Of a stretch of DNA of 64,000 bases, positions 49,135 to 60,490 are shown piece by piece. Below the pieces are notes generated by a model. The model had not been told where the DNA came from. It saw only the letters and a list, made by a program, of their open reading frames with translations, and did no database searches. Location of the stretch: assembly GCA_965645245.1 (NCBI GenBank), contig OZ287068.1:3224001-3288000 (forward strand), given 5' to 3'. The translations under genes and the position numbers were made by a program. Positions within the stretch are counted from its first letter, which is position 1; each line of letters opens with the position of its first letter. Origin of the DNA: Massalongia carnosa. Taxonomy: Eukaryota.

Positions 49135-50377
49135 CTAGACGAGGTTGTGGCTGTAGATGAAGTCTTCATATGTTGGTGCTCGCTGTTGAGGCCTTGCTTA
49201 AAATCGCAGGACTCCATTTTCACAAGCACAAGTTACGCTAGTCAATGCCGGGTCAAGCATACCTAGCCAATGATTTTGCCAAACTCATATCTTCCATGTG
49301 GAAGGCGCAATGTATCACAAGAAGGAGAGAGAAAACAAGGTCCACTGAAAGATCGCTACACGACTAATGCCCCACACGCCTGTTGCGCGATAGAGCAAGT
49401 GATTTATATGCAAAGAGATAGTACGTTCTATCACAGTACCAAACACCCCAACATGCCTTCCGCGCAGCGTTTGCGGGAAGAGTTTATTCTTCCCGAGCCA
49501 ATAGCATTATTGCCTAACATGCATATTTTCACAACGACCGCAGATTCATCAAGAGAATCTCTGTTCTTTCAAGGAAAGTGTTGAATAGCTGTAGCAGACT
49601 ATTAGTGGGATAGGAGAAAGCTATAATCTCAATCCCAATGCTTTAAAAAATTTGGGATTCAAAGTCATATAATCTCTGCAACGTCATTATACCGTAAAGC
49701 CTCCGTTTAGCGTACTCTATTTTACAGGATTATAATACCAGGTTCTAAAACGGCTTTCCTTGTCATGGTTCTCCCTGTTCCCCATACTAAATTTAAACCT
49801 AGTAAATCCTTGTACTCCGTATATAAAACCATTGGACCAATAAATCCCATTTCAAATAACCTCCATAAAACTGGGGTTCTGTATCAAAAGGTGGATCAAT
49901 ACCGTCTGCACTGCGGTCCGTACCTTGTTGCCTGGAACTCATAAAACAGACATCGCACTTCAAGAAACGGCCATAACTAGGAAAGCCACTACCATCATGA
50001 TTGCCACTAAGCCAGCCTCCAAGTTTCGTGGACATCGTCTCTTTGATCGGTCAGGATCGAAAGTCGGAGCCAGCTGGGCAAAAAGGGGATCGGTTCACGG
50101 CTAGGCACAGCCAGAGCCTGGCGCCAGGCGAAACAAGAAATCAAGAAAGACTCCCTACCTGGGTATGCAACGCGAGATAGCCTATCAGCTCCTTGGGTCC
50201 TCGCTTTGCTGTTAGGAACCCGATGCAGACTTGAAGCAATCAAATGGGAATGTTGTCGGTTCAGTAAAGGGCCTTAACTAAATTCTTGCCTTCTTTTGTA
50301 CTACGCCTGATTCTATGGGTATCAAAGCTCGGATAGAAGTCTACGCCATTAGCTGAGGTATAGGAGCTTTAGAATTC

Positions 50378-51829
50378 ATGCTTGCAGCGAGAAAGTTACG
50401 AGGCCGCACTCGCCGAGTGGTCTATCGTTCCCCTGGTTATGGCTTCCTCTCGAGATCAGGTAAACGACCCAAAGTCCTTACAAATACTCTATTCAAGCAT
50501 CGTCTCAGCACGCTTTTCTATCTTGCTAACAGGCTACAGTTGCTGCGCAACCCGTCCCCGCCTCATCACCACTAATCGATCCTTCTATCCTCTCAGTCTT
50601 CAACCCCAAAGAAGGAAAATCCAACCTAACGTCCTCAGCCTCGTGTCCGATCGCTCAAGATCTAAATTGGTACTTACCATGGCTTCGGTGTCAAATCTAT
50701 TGCTTGCCCGAGTGTCTCATCGAACTTTTGTCTGGCTCTGAGAAAACTCGTACCATTGATCTCTCCCGAGACAGCACTCTCTACCAAGTCTTTATATCTG
50801 TCAATCAATGCATACGCGAGAGCGGGAGCCTCGGCATTGATGAGATCGTTGAGTACCTTATTCAAGAAGAAATTCTAGTACCAGCAATAGCTGAGGCTCA
50901 CATAAGCCTTTTGCGCAGGCTTCTAGTCTTTGCAATACTCGGGTGGCAATCGATGCTCTATCTCCCTGCTTTCAACTCTTGCCCACTTGAAGAACTAGCA
51001 GTTTACCAGGACGTCGATCAACCTCACTCGGGATTGGTATTTGATACTTTTAAGATGTCGGTGGACCTAGCAGATAGACCCATGTCAATAATGTTAAAAG
51101 GATACGGCAACATTTTGCTGAGTCGATCGGAAGAATTGACAAAGGTAACCTGCGAGGGAAATACAGACACCTCAACTTGGTTCTCTACTGAACCAGCCGA
51201 GGTCAACGCGGACCTACTTCATGCACTCCTTCGAGTTGATTTTCGATGGGTTGATACCATGGCATTACATCTTGACTATGATAGCTCCACGCGGACTCTC
51301 TCATTGTTTCGCTATCCGTCGCTATGTGTTGCTATGTTGCAATCCGAGGGAGCGCTATATTCCTTTGCCAGCACGGAACTCAACAGCTCAGACCCCCGCG
51401 CAAATCACGACGAGATTACCGATATTCTTAAGGAAACTCTGCTATCGTACCGGCTATTATTTGGCCAAACGAGATCTTCGCGTTTGTTATTTCGTCGGTT
51501 GCTCAGATCCAGCTCGATATTATCTTGGAATTCTGATCCGTTCTTAAGCGGTCTCTGTTCCGAGAGGTATTTCAGCCACCCATTTGTTCTTCAAGATCGA
51601 TTGGTCTATTTCGCCCACCGAGATTTTCCGGTGCTTGGCGGCAAGAATCAAGCATCTCGCAGACGAACTGAAGGGTGCAAGGCCGAAAAATTGGAGAGAG
51701 TTGCTTCGAGATCGGCGTGATACGACACAATACTGGACCTTCTGGCTAGTCGCAATCATCGGTGGAGTAAGCGTTGCACTTAGTCTCGTGCAAGTCATTC
51801 TGCAAGCTGTTTCGCTTTTGCAAAGCTGA
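50378..51829 (+). CDS. Uncharacterised fungal protein with a C-terminal transmembrane helix (RDRRD..QYWTFW type); one frameshift near 51640
   Basis: Exon 1 50378-50459 splices in frame to 50540; FRWVDTMALHLDYD, ETLLSYRLLFGQ and DFPVL, then RIKHL..PKNWRELLRDRRDTTQYWTFWLVAIIGG in a shifted frame. Confidence 0.75.
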
Positions 51830-52198
51830 AATGGCTTGTCGAATGGAGTTCTAGCGTTGACTTGGCGTAGGGGAAAGTGGCGTTGGCTTGTATGAGGGCT
51901 CCGAGATAGGGCAGAGGTTCGTTTACGCGGAGCTTGGTTCTGTCCTATGAACTCGTCTCGTCTAGGCGCAGGGGCCTCTACAGCCGATTGCGCTGGTTAG
52001 CGAATGCAAGGCTGTAGTGGCACGGTTGAAGCCCCGCCCCTCATTGTATCCATAGAGTATGTACCTAGTCTGTACTCCGTACACATAATCTTTTCCAACA
52101 TCTTCCTCCACGCCTCATTTCCTCCCACGGCATCTACGCAGTTTCTCTTAAACCCCTCCCCCTCCACCCTCCCACCCCCCCTCCACCCCCCGATCACC

Positions 52199-52896
52199 AT
52201 GACAATCGTACACATCGTCCTCTTCCGCTTCCATCCCCACGTCACGCAGCTCGCGGTACAGGACGTAAGTACATACCCATTCCATTTCCCATTACCTGTG
52301 TATACATCCCTCCACCCATCCATCCATCCATCCAGCCAGCCAGCCAGCCAGCCAGCCAGCTACAAACCAAAAAAGCAAAGCACGCACAGAAAGCCCGGAA
52401 AGGGTTAAAAAGCACCCCCCGAAACCCAGAAATCCGTCTGTCCGTCTGCCCGCTTTTGCCTAACCTAACGAGCGAGCTGATCCTGAAAACGAAAAAAACC
52501 AAAATCTTCAGGTATGCCGGCGCATGCTCGCGCTCAAGGACCAATGCGTGCATCCTACCACCAAAAAGCCCTACCTGCACGCCTCGGTCGGCGGCCAGGA
52601 TAACAGCCCCGAAGGCATCCAGGTGATTACGCCCCATTCCGTTCCGTTACCTTTCCCCTCCCCCCTCCCCCCCCTTTCCCGCACTTCGCTGCCTGCCTAC
52701 CTACCTGCGAACTATTTTTCGGGGTTTTCCCCCCCCCTAGGGCGGCATCACGCACGCGTTCGTGGTGGAGTTCGAGAACGGCGCGGATCGGGACTACTAC
52801 GTGGCGCGGGACCCGGCGCATCGGCGGTTCGTGGACAGCATTGGGGATGTGGTGGAGAAGGCACAGGTGGTGGATTTTGCGCCGGGGGTTTATTGA
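52199..52896 (+). CDS. Stress-responsive A/B barrel (Dabb) domain protein
   Basis: Exons 52199-52264, 52512-52622 and 52741-52896: MTIVHIVLFRF..GGQDNSPEG..GGITHAFVVEF..DRDYYV..DPAH. Confidence 0.92.
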
Positions 52897-53411
52897 TTGA
52901 TTGATTGTATGTTATTTGTTTTTGTTTGTTTGCCTTGGGTTGTTGTGGGGGGGGTGATAGGGGGTCTTTTTTTATAATTTATTTAAATGAGAGCTAGGAA
53001 GATGGGAAGTTGCATGGGACCGTGGACTTGGAGATGTGAGAGGGAGAAAGAGAGAGAGAGAGAGAACGACTTGGACACCTACTCTTCGTGGTTCTGGAGT
53101 TTCGGGAATATAACATGTTTTGTACTTTCAGTAATATAATCTACTTTCCCCAGGCCCGTCACTAAAAAGCCATGTTGAACGCTTCCACCGCTGGGATGCG
53201 CAACCTCTCGCAAGTTTTAGCTATCTCGTTCAGCGTAAGCGTAGCGGGTTGGCCAGCCGAAACAAGCGCATAGGGAAGTCTATACTTGGCATGTAAGATG
53301 GTATTGTAACTGTATCCCGAAAGGGATAAAAGGTCAAAAATGGCCAAAAAGGGCCGCTAACGGATCGCGCGAACCCACGGGACAAGTCAGGGGTCGAAGC
53401 TACTTCAAACG

Positions 53412-54209
53412 TCAGCCGATCCTCCATTTCCCCCTTCCCTCTATCTGATCTACAAAACGCGGTAACACCAAAGCAAGAAAAGCAAAATCATACTCATATG
53501 ACAGTTCGCCCATGCATCTCCCACACCACCCGCAGTCCTTGTCGCAAATCGAGTAGTCCTGGCTGCCGACATATACACCATATGAGGAGAACGGGTCATC
53601 AAACCATCCCTCATCGCGATCCCAGCTAGGCTGCCGACCGTAATAGGGGTCTGCCGAGGTAGGTGGTGGACCAGCACCAGGTGGACCAGCACCGGCGGTG
53701 GCCTGGTTCGGCTTCACGGTAGGCTTCCCTTTCTTTTTCGGCGCTTTTGCGCGTGGTTTGGAAGATGGGGAAGACGTGGTGGTGGTTCCGGTAGCAGTGG
53801 GAGCGGGAGGCGCGCTGGCTTCGGATTTTGGCGATGGAGTTGGGGGCACGACTTTAGCGTTGGCGCCGTTGGCTTCGGTATGTTTGGCGGTATAAGCTCC
53901 CGCTTTGTCGACTTTTGCCAAGGCCGCTGTGTGCCGTTTGCCCTGTTCATGGGCTGTGCTATCCTTTGGTGACATCGTGGTCAGGCAAACCGTGCAGGTC
54001 CATTTTGGTTTCTTGGGGGGGCGTGGAGGCGCTTTGGCCGTGCTTTGCAGCACTGGAGATGGAGACGAACCCAAATCAGGAAGTAAGTCAGCGTTGGTAT
54101 CATGAATACGATGTGTTGTTGGGTTAAGTGGACCCCAATTGATGAAGACGTGGGCCAAATTCCATTACTTACGCCCAGTAGCAGGCTCTGAACCTTTGAC
54201 AAAAACCAT
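53412..54209 (-). CDS. Hypothetical protein with a U1/matrin-type Zn finger and a C-terminal CDKDCGWCGRC motif
   Basis: WTCTVC..AHEQGKRH; probable exon 1 54209-54173 with intron to 54053; 3' end uncertain. Confidence 0.7.
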
Positions 54210-54803
54210 CTTTGGGCGGTTGTGCAAGATATTCAAACTTGACTCCATTCCCTAGCTCATAGATTATAGTCTTCTTGTGCTTAAGATGACAAGTTGAGAA
54301 CGATAGGGGATCACGAGAAGAAGAGTCGAGCCGCAATGTGAGGGGTTGTTGTTCGGTTCATGTTGCCAGGTCATTATGACTGGCTTTTGATGCTGGTTAC
54401 CGTTTTACGAAGTGCATACCCGAGCACACTTCCAGTCTCTCCATTTCCCAATTCTCCCCAATACCTGCCTATGAGGAGCTGGGAAAATCCTCATCTTTAA
54501 ATTTCCACACTGTTGTTCACGATTCTGCGCGTTCGATTCTCGTTGGACTTATCACTTTTCAGGATGAGAAGCAGGCACACGTACAGAGTATCCGGTCGTC
54601 AATAGAATTAAAGCCGATACTTATAGCCGATTGGTAGAAACGCGCTCTTCAACGAATAGTTATACCTTCCCATTTACTCCGTACATGAATTGAGTATTCT
54701 CGGTCGGCTCAAGGACATGAGTTAACTTGCTTTGGCTGTCAGGAGGCCACTTGTCCTGTTGCTCAGGTTGGGTTAGGTCAATGGCAGAATCTTCTCAAGA
54801 TGT

Positions 54804-54833
54804 TAGATTAGATTAGATTAGATTAGATTAGAT
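54804..54833. repeat. (TTAGA)n microsatellite
   Basis: About six tandem TTAGA units. Confidence 0.9.
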
Positions 54834-54999
54834 CAACCCGTTTAGATGTTTACACTTTTAATAGTAATTTATGTATGTATACTCATAGGCTCTACAATCC
54901 AAGTCTCTACTCTTGCCACAAATCTTCCTGGTCTCTTTTCATCAACAATTCTCTTATTTCATAATTCAGCGTCACAAACTACCAAACTTTTTCCTATCA

Positions 55000-56212
55000 A
55001 TGACCATGCTCACTTCCCTCCCCCCCCTCGCCCCGCACAACGTAACCCTTACCACCTTCCCCCCTTCTTTCCAATCCAGCCCTTACTAACCTGCCAACCT
55101 TTCAATCACCAGCCGCACAGCCTCTTCCACCCCTCCCTCCATCCGCAACCCGCATCTACCCCAAGCCGCGCCGCGCAACCCAACCCCAACCCCGCCCACC
55201 ACCATCACCCTTTCCATCACAACCATGCCCAGCCACACGCCCACGCCCACCCGCAACGCACCATGCTCAGCATGCTGCGCGTGGATGAAACGGCGACTCT
55301 GCATCGGAGAGAGAGTATCCGGCGATATGGAGCGACGTGGTTGAGGCCGATGGGGATTGGAAAGACGTTGCAGGGGACGGATGACGAGAGGGCGGAGAGG
55401 GAGGAGGCGGAGGGAGGGAGGTTAGTTCTTTCCTCTTCTTTTTCTTTTGGGTTTAATTTTCCGTCAGTTTCTCGGAGGGATTAATCGAAGCAAGGGAGTG
55501 TGTTCTTTTCTGTTAGAGGGGAAGGTTTAAACCGTTGACTTTCCCTCTATTCGAATTGAGGCCTGCAGCGGAAAGGAGATGAAACCAAGCTAATCCGCCC
55601 ATCTCCTTTCCAACTAGAGACTTTCCGCTCCCCGATACCGCTACCCTCCCCGACACAGCGACCCCCCCTTCCACAACCGCAGCCCCAGACCGCGATCTCG
55701 ATGACGAAGTCCCCGACGCTGAGGAAGAGGGCGATGCGGCCTGGATCGACGACGAGGATGACGATGAGCGCGACGAAGAGGACAGAGCTGGAGAGGACGA
55801 AGCGGAAGATGGAATGCTTGTCGACGACGAGGAGGAGGAAGAGCCTGTGGAGGGAGATGGCGATTATGCCGAAGAGAGGGATCTAGACGATGATGTGCCC
55901 ATGGGCGAGGAGGGAAGCTATCAGCATACGGACACGGAGGTAGAGGAGGACAGTAGCGAGGGCGAGGATGGGGGTGGGCAGGACGTACTGGAGAGATCGG
56001 TGTGGGGGGGCGGGGCCGTCGCGGGGGGGGTGGGCGGGGGGGTTGGGACGGGTATGGTTATGGGTATGAGTCGGGCCGGTGCCGAAGCGGGTGGCGGGGT
56101 GAGCAGCCGAGGGGTGAGCAGCGGCGGAGGGGGGAGAGGTGGGCTTGGGAACGCGAACCGGCCGGCGAGAGTCCCGGGAAGGAGAGGCGGTGGGAGGGGC
56201 GCGGAGAATTAG
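55000..56212 (+). CDS. APC15: Anaphase-promoting complex subunit Apc15/Mnd2-like protein
   Basis: LRVDE..RRESIRRYGATWLRPMGIGKTLQ..ERAEREE and acidic RDLDD(D/E)VP repeats; intron-containing. Confidence 0.75.
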
Positions 56213-56652
56213 GCAAGGGTACTTCTGGTAAATGAGGCTTGCCGGAAGCATCACGTTCCCGAGTTATCTTTCGCGAGAACTAAACCCACACAAGCTGTCT
56301 GTCGATTTTAACTGGGTCTGTCTACGTCCTTGTTTACTTACGGGTGATCTCATCTCGGCGGGAGGGCGCTTTTGCGTGCGAAAAGAAAAGAAGCTTGAGC
56401 CGGGGGTTGGGGAGAAGGGGAGTAAGTGAATCCTTCTTTATGGAAGATTTTTATATTCTATTATACCTAGATGCACAGATGAATAGCCGTGAGTAATAGT
56501 ATCTTTCCTAATCCCGAAACCTTCGGCGTTTAAGCCTCCTACATATATCCCTCCCTCCCTCCCTCCCTCCCATCCCAGCAAACCCCCCTCCTCCCTTTCC
56601 TTCCACTTCCCCCCCCCCTTTCCCCCAAGTATCAACCTAACCCCCCCCCTTT

Positions 56653-57613
56653 TCAAAGCCAAACCCACCAAAACAGCACCGCCACCGCCGCGAAAAACCC
56701 CACCCACACCCGCCACCCCACCCCCGTCCGCTCCGCCATGCGCAACATGCGGCTCATCGTCCCGCGCAGCCGCGCGCGCGTGCCGTCGAAGGAGTCGTTC
56801 ATGCTGTCGGCGAGCGATGTCGAGCTAGTGATTTCGCTGGAGATGGCGAGGGTTATCTGCAGGGCGTGAGGATATGGTATGATATGGTTCTCGATTATTT
56901 TTTGGGGGAGGTAAAACTCAAGAACGGAGGAGGGAAGAAGAGGTAGGGGGGGGCGAGGGATTCGAACGTACATCCTTTAGCATCTTGACCTTGGCGCTCA
57001 TCCCCTCGATCTGGGCCTCATTTTGGTTTTCCAGCTCCGAGAGCACGGCGTCGCTGTACTGTCCCCTGGATTTGCCCGTTCCTGATTAGCGCTGATCTTC
57101 GTTCTGTTCGATCGCCCCCTTGCGCTCTGGATCTCGGTCTTCGTATCTTTCTACCACTATGCAGCTCGGCTCTTCTTTTGCCTCTTCCTCCCCCTTCAGG
57201 AGATCCCCCTTGAGGCCAAGCCTAGAGAAGAAAACAACAATAACAAGAAACCGCACTCACCTCGAATTCGGCGTCGCGGGTCGAAACCCTCCATTCACCC
57301 CCCCACTCCCGCTCGCTCCGGCTCCGGGCCCCGCTCCCCCAATCCCGCCCACTCCGCCACTGTACCCGTAGCCTACTCCCGGCCCTGTTCTGGGGTGAGC
57401 GGTGGAGGGAGATGCGCTGGCGTTGCGGTTGCGATCACCGGTGTAGTTTTCGAAGAGGGCGGAGCGGGGGTCGCGTTGGTGGAGAGTCGAGGATGGAAAT
57501 CTGGTTAAGTGGAGAGAGAGAGAGAAGACGAGTTAGTTTTGGGGGGGGGGGCTTGGGGGGGAAAGCCCCGGGGGGGGAAGGGGGCAGGAGGGGGGGGGTT
57601 ACCGTGACGACAT
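56653..57613 (-). CDS. BET1: ER-Golgi Qc-SNARE Bet1
   Basis: RDPRSALF, RPATPN, GQYSDAVLSELENQNE..KVKMLKD|ITLAIS, SNARE coil and a C-terminal TM helix. Confidence 0.88.
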
Positions 57614-58208
57614 GGTAGGGTTGAGAGTGGGTTGAAGGATTGTGATTAGGCGGAGTCGAGTTTTGGGAGGTTGATGATATTCATTGGGCGCAGGATTTGG
57701 GATGGGATTTCATGGCGAGTTATGCATTTGTGGAAGAAAGGAACGTGGGTAAAGGACACGATCACTTGGATCGATTGCGAGGAACTCGATTTAGGCGCGG
57801 AAACTCACATTTTGACCATCCTTCAGATATACAAAATACTTATCAAAAAGGCTTAGCCGATGAGTGAAAATGATTGGTTTTCCTGCTGCATGCTATGGAG
57901 GTATCATTCATGTAGCTAGTCGCTGTTGTGCATCTTCAAGCCGGCAGCCAAGAGCCAATACCGCTCGTAAAATATCATATATCTGTGCTAGTTAACCAGC
58001 CCTTGAGTTCAAAGCGAAAGAGCGAAAATCCTCATTTTCATGCTGTAATCGCATTGGAACCCTTTTGGTCCATGCCCTGGGTTTCGTCTACGGGCAACCG
58101 CTCGTCAGATAAATATATGCTAGCCCATCCTTCAAAAACATAACAACAGAAGCTCCACCATCTTTGCGCCGTCGACCAGGAGTAGGCGCAAAACCCAATC
58201 GCATTCGT

Positions 58209-58693
58209 CTACTCCTGCATGGCGTCGTCCTCCTGGTCGTCGAAATCTTCATCTTCATCCTCATCGTCGTCATCCAGATCGTCTCCCGCCTCCTCGGCTG
58301 CTTTGGCGAAATTGATCTGCTTGCCGCGAGTACGGCGGCCAGTACTGATGATGTTGTCCGTGCTAATTTCTTCCATGTTGTCTACATCCGATTCCTCGGC
58401 TAAACATCAATTTCAAAGTTAGGGGCGCTATTCGCAAGGGTAAGGTCTTTCCAACATACGCTCCTCCGGGGGCTATGCAAGACGAAGTCAGTGATACATG
58501 TCACAAGATAAAGCTATTAAATCTACAAGGCTCCTACCTCTTCCTCGGCTCCAGTCTCCTCGTCAGAGCTATCCTCGTCTTCCTCCATGCTCACATCCTG
58601 CGGGAACGACTTCCCTTTCCCTTTCGTCTCCGAGACCGTGGTGGCAAGGTTCGAGTCATTACCTCCGGTCGAGGGACTGATTTTATCCGACAT
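58209..58693 (-). CDS. CHZ1: Histone H2A.Z chaperone, CHZ domain
   Basis: Small acidic protein with KGKGK and EEISTDNII..GRRTRGKQINF; intron-containing. Confidence 0.85.
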
Positions 58694-58941
58694 GACGTCG
58701 AGTGGTGGGAGAGTGGATATTTAGTTGATAGCTGAGGTTTCGGGGTCTGATGATTGAAGGTAGACGTGAAAGTTGGTATGCAAGCGTCGCGAAGTGGAAA
58801 GCGCGTCGCGGGTGCTGACTCTCCTAGGGCTGATCAGTCTGAGCCAATCAGCGGCTTTTAATACCTTCCGTTATAACTTCAATTCACAGTGCTTGGGGAC
58901 AGAGAATAGCGACTGCAGAAACGAATCAAATTCATTTTCCT

Positions 58942-60490
58942 ATGGATTTTTTACTTCCAGATGAACTGGTTTCTTCTATTACAGCATCCATAAGGTGCAG
59001 AGAAGCTCAAATACAGCAACTAGTCGGTTTATTAGATGTAAGCAAATACATACTCTACATGAAAGCAGACAGGCAAAATCCCCTGATCAGAAAATAGTTT
59101 CGTTTCTCCAACCCCTCGACAATTATCCTTCATGGAGTCCGAGCAACGGGAAAGAGCTTAACTCTCAAAGCTGTATTGGATTCCATTGATACTCCATATG
59201 TGATTGTTCGCTCACAAGAATGTATCACCACTCGCCATCTTCTCGAGCGAACTATCACCGCCGCCAAAGAAGCTCTTAGCCATGATGATGACCAATGTTG
59301 GCCAAAAGAGATTGATGGTAGATGTGAAAGTATTAGTATTTTTGTGGTGCAGCTGCAGCGGCTGTTAGAAAGCCAAGGGAAATTCATCTTGGTGTTCGAT
59401 GGGATAGATCACCAGCGGGAGGCTCTGCCTACTTTGTTACCAGCCATTGCACGATTAGGGGAAATCGTATGTCAGTGCCTACGCGAATGAAATTAAGCTA
59501 ATGGCTCTAGATACCCAATCTTACCGTCATTCTCATCGTCACCGCTCCCCAACCCCGAGCGCTCAATCACGCAGGCGTACCTTACGTCCATTTCTCCCCC
59601 TACACACGCTCCGAGTCCCTCTCCATAGTGTCCGAGTCTCCTCTCCCAATTATCCCGGATGGCCCTCTCGTAGATTCCACCCCAATCAGCGACACCGACA
59701 TCTCCTGGCTCTGGCCCCGCTTCTGCGGCGCGGTCTGGGACTCCCTGGGCCAAGCCGCAGCGCGCGACATTGTGAACTTCCGCGCCGTCTGCGCTCGTCT
59801 CTGGCGCCCCTTCACCCAACCCATCGTCCAAGGCGTCCACGCCCCCCGTGAGCTCTCTAAACTAATGGTCAAAAACCGCACGCTGTTCCAAAGCGAAGAT
59901 GCCCTTCAAGACCCTATTCTTCCCTACCAATCATCTGCCATCCCAACGACCACCTCTCAACCCTCCCGCCGTAAGCCTTCCCTTGCACCTTCCAACCATC
60001 CCCCTTTCAACTCCCGCCCCAAGTAACCCAACTAATTTTCTCAGAAGTCCCCCCTCGCTACCCCCACCACACCGCTCACCTCCTCCTAGCCGCCTACCTA
60101 GCCTCCCACATCCCGCAACGCAAAGACCTCCAGCTCTTCAGCAAATCCTCCGACCGCCGCCGCCGCCGCCCTCGCGCCTCCACCATCACCACCGCCTCCG
60201 ACCGCCGCCGCAAAACTCCCCGCCACCTCCTCGGCGCAGCCCCCTTCCCGCTCGAGCGCCTTTTGGCCATCTTCCACGCCATTTCCGCCGGCGAGGATCC
60301 GGCGCCGGAGTCAGGAAGCGCGGAGCTGATGGCGCAGGTGGCGGTGCTGGGAGGCTTGAGACTTTTGATCAGGGGCACAGATGAGGGGAGCGTGGGAGGG
60401 GGAAAGTGGAGAGCGGGGTTCGGGTGGGAGTTTGCGAGGGGGGTGGCGAGGGGAGTAGGGTTTGATTTAGAAGCGATTTTGGAGGAGTGA
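58942..60490 (+). CDS. ORC5: Origin recognition complex subunit 5
   Basis: MDFLLPDE..CREAQI, HGVRATGKS, ECITTRHLLE, LVFDGID, AAYLASH, FPLERLLAIF and KWR..GWEFAR. Confidence 0.9.

Noticed and set aside
54804..54833. Interstitial telomere repeat
   Set aside because: The unit is TTAGA, not TTAGGG; a simple microsatellite
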